Shown here one piece after another: positions 62,838 to 64,000 of a DNA stretch of 64,000 nucleotides (the first letter of the stretch is position 1; every line of letters begins with the position of its first letter). Below the pieces are notes generated by a model. It did not search any database. It was not told where the DNA came from and saw only the letters and a list, made by a program, of their open reading frames with translations. Source of the DNA: a virus; the IMG/VR virus record IMGVR_UViG_3300037454_000319. One strand, written 5' to 3'. A program made the position numbers and the translations under genes.

Positions 62838-64000
62838 TTAAGTAGTTATTATTTCTGAACTAACAAGCTCTCCTTGATAATAACCTTTGGTTATATCTAA
62901 AAGAGTTTTATTTGCACTTGGTGCTTCAGCAGGAGTTACAAATGAACCATTCTGCCATATTACTGTAGACTCACCTGTTATGATTTCCTGTGCCGCGTCG
63001 CTATATGAAATATCTACATTAACTGTAAATAAATCATTATCGGCATCATACTCTGCATCAATCTCATATGTAGGTCTAAGCAACTCAAAATATACATCTC
63101 CTGCAACATCAGTAGGTGCTGCACTGAATGGAGCATAGTATTCATATTGGCTTTCAGAATATTCTCTAATACCATATGTATAATCCTTATGTCCAGACTC
63201 AGTAAGGTCAATTGTATAATTGATAGTCTGCCAACTTGTTACTCCAGTATTGCGATTTGCAATGAGAACGCCGGGATATATAACCTTTGAGTAATAATTA
63301 CTACGATAATTATTAACACGGACTTCAGGAATAATTACAAGATGACACTCTTCATATTGCTTAAGCAAACCTTCAAGTCTTTCTTCACAAAGCTCTTGTA
63401 AATCACCAATTGAACTAATATCAAAGTTATCATACTTTAAATATGGGTATTCAGCGCCAACAGTAAGCGGCACAACTTCTTTGTGGATTTTAGTTACTAC
63501 TGGGTCTTGACCTAAAACAGCAAGTGCCGCCCAAAGACCGTCAACATTTTCCCACATATCTATAATTGCTTCGGTTAAGTCTTTAAAAGCCTTACCCATG
63601 CCGCCGCCCTCATCAAAAAGATAAGCACTAATACCTGTTATAACTTGAGCAATAACCCAGAAGTTACGATTAAGGTCTTCAATCTCTACATTTCGAATAT
63701 TCTCAGGCATGATTAAACGAACCCACTCTTGGTCTACATCATCTTGTGTAAATTGAAGATTTACAGCATTTGTTAATGCATTAAGGTTCTTATCATTTCC
63801 ACGAACTGTTGCATAAGATTTTCCATTGATATTATACCAAGGGATAACCCAAGGTGCTGTTACAGGATAACAAGCAATGCCAGGTTTTATATCATCGAGA
63901 TTATCAACTGGATTTACCTTTATTGTATATTGGTCATTAAACTGGTCAATTAAAGCAATCCACTTGTCATGGCTTTCTTGTGCATTTTCTAAGAATTGAA
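62838..64000 (-). CDS. paralogous large tail/baseplate protein, 5' end beyond window (ORF-track 62838..63710 is truncated at an internal Met)
   Basis: open frame continues upstream of 63710 to window end; ...EWVRLIMPENIRNVEIEDLNRNFW aligns with ...KWIRLLMPQNSHHVEVEDLNRNFW of 60385..62826. Confidence 0.5.
   Translation of the reverse strand, partial: QFLENAQESHDKWIALIDQFNDQYTIKVNPVDNLDDIKPGIACYPVTAPWVIPWYNINGKSYATVRGNDKNLNALTNAVNLQFTQDDVDQEWVRLIMPENIRNVEIEDLNRNFWVIAQVITGISAYLFDEGGGMGKAFKDLTEAIIDMWENVDGLWAALAVLGQDPVVTKIHKEVVPLTVGAEYPYLKYDNFDISSIGDLQELCEERLEGLLKQYEECHLVIIPEVRVNNYRSNYYSKVIYPGVLIANRNTGVTSWQTINYTIDLTESGHKDYTYGIREYSESQYEYYAPFSAAPTDVAGDVYFELLRPTYEIDAEYDADNDLFTVNVDISYSDAAQEIITGESTVIWQNGSFVTPAEAPSANKTLLDITKGYYQGELVSSEIITT

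Noticed and set aside
1-64000. CRISPR array, integrase/attachment site, rRNA, transposase
   Set aside because: No spaced direct-repeat arrays, no tyrosine or serine recombinase, no rRNA-like conserved blocks were seen. The only mobile elements are the GIY-YIG and HNH homing endonucleases.

Overview
The window looks like part of a large virulent phage (or phage-like element) of a low-GC Firmicutes host (about 35% GC, strong Shine-Dalgarno sites, sigma-70-type promoters). Essentially every gene is on the minus strand. I see no integrase, CRISPR array or rRNA.

The main features:
- About 30 copies of one near-perfect promoter module (gene-sense TTGACT-N17-TGaTATAAT-AATTATAGAAAA). Many are fused to an upstream intrinsic-terminator hairpin whose 3' stem supplies the -35 TTGAC.
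- Seven tRNA arrays (1.65-2.8 kb, 3.38-3.82 kb, 4.66-5.62 kb, 6.26-7.17 kb, 33.3-34.6 kb, 35.5-35.9 kb, 37.4-39.2 kb) with 35 or more tRNA or tRNA-like genes, all minus strand. Among them are tRNA fragments, an apparently permuted tRNA, and short-variable-arm tRNAs carrying leucine anticodons.
- Homing endonucleases next to tRNAs (GIY-YIG at 3947..4576, HNH at 36609..37124), plus a transmembrane + coiled-coil + GIY-YIG fusion (46581..47621).
- Long GC-rich noncoding islands embedded in the tRNA arrays.
- A dispersed RNA-repair gene set: an Rnl1-like ligase, an Rnl2-like ligase, a polynucleotide kinase fused to an HD domain, a calcineurin-like phosphoesterase, a macro-domain protein and a minimal nucleotidyltransferase. 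A vWA-domain (DUF2828/TROVE-like) protein sits between unusually long structured noncoding regions.
- Nucleotide and DNA metabolism: thyX, a HAD 5'-nucleotidase, a UvrD-like helicase, a SAM-dependent methyltransferase, an SPFH protein, and several Lar-like zinc-ribbon paralogs.
- Two secreted proteins with dockerin domains, one carrying a SleB-like cell-wall hydrolase domain. This points to a host with cohesins (Ruminococcus or Clostridium type).
- A structural block at the 3' end of the window: a glycosyltransferase (GT2), a glycoside-hydrolase-like protein, a tail fibre with BspA-type leucine-rich repeats, an 1185-aa fibre, and two paralogous large tail proteins (one truncated by the window edge).
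- The octamer GTGCCGCC is very strongly over-represented and strand-biased.

Everything was read by eye, so coordinates carry an uncertainty of about 2 nt and tRNA anticodons are provisional.
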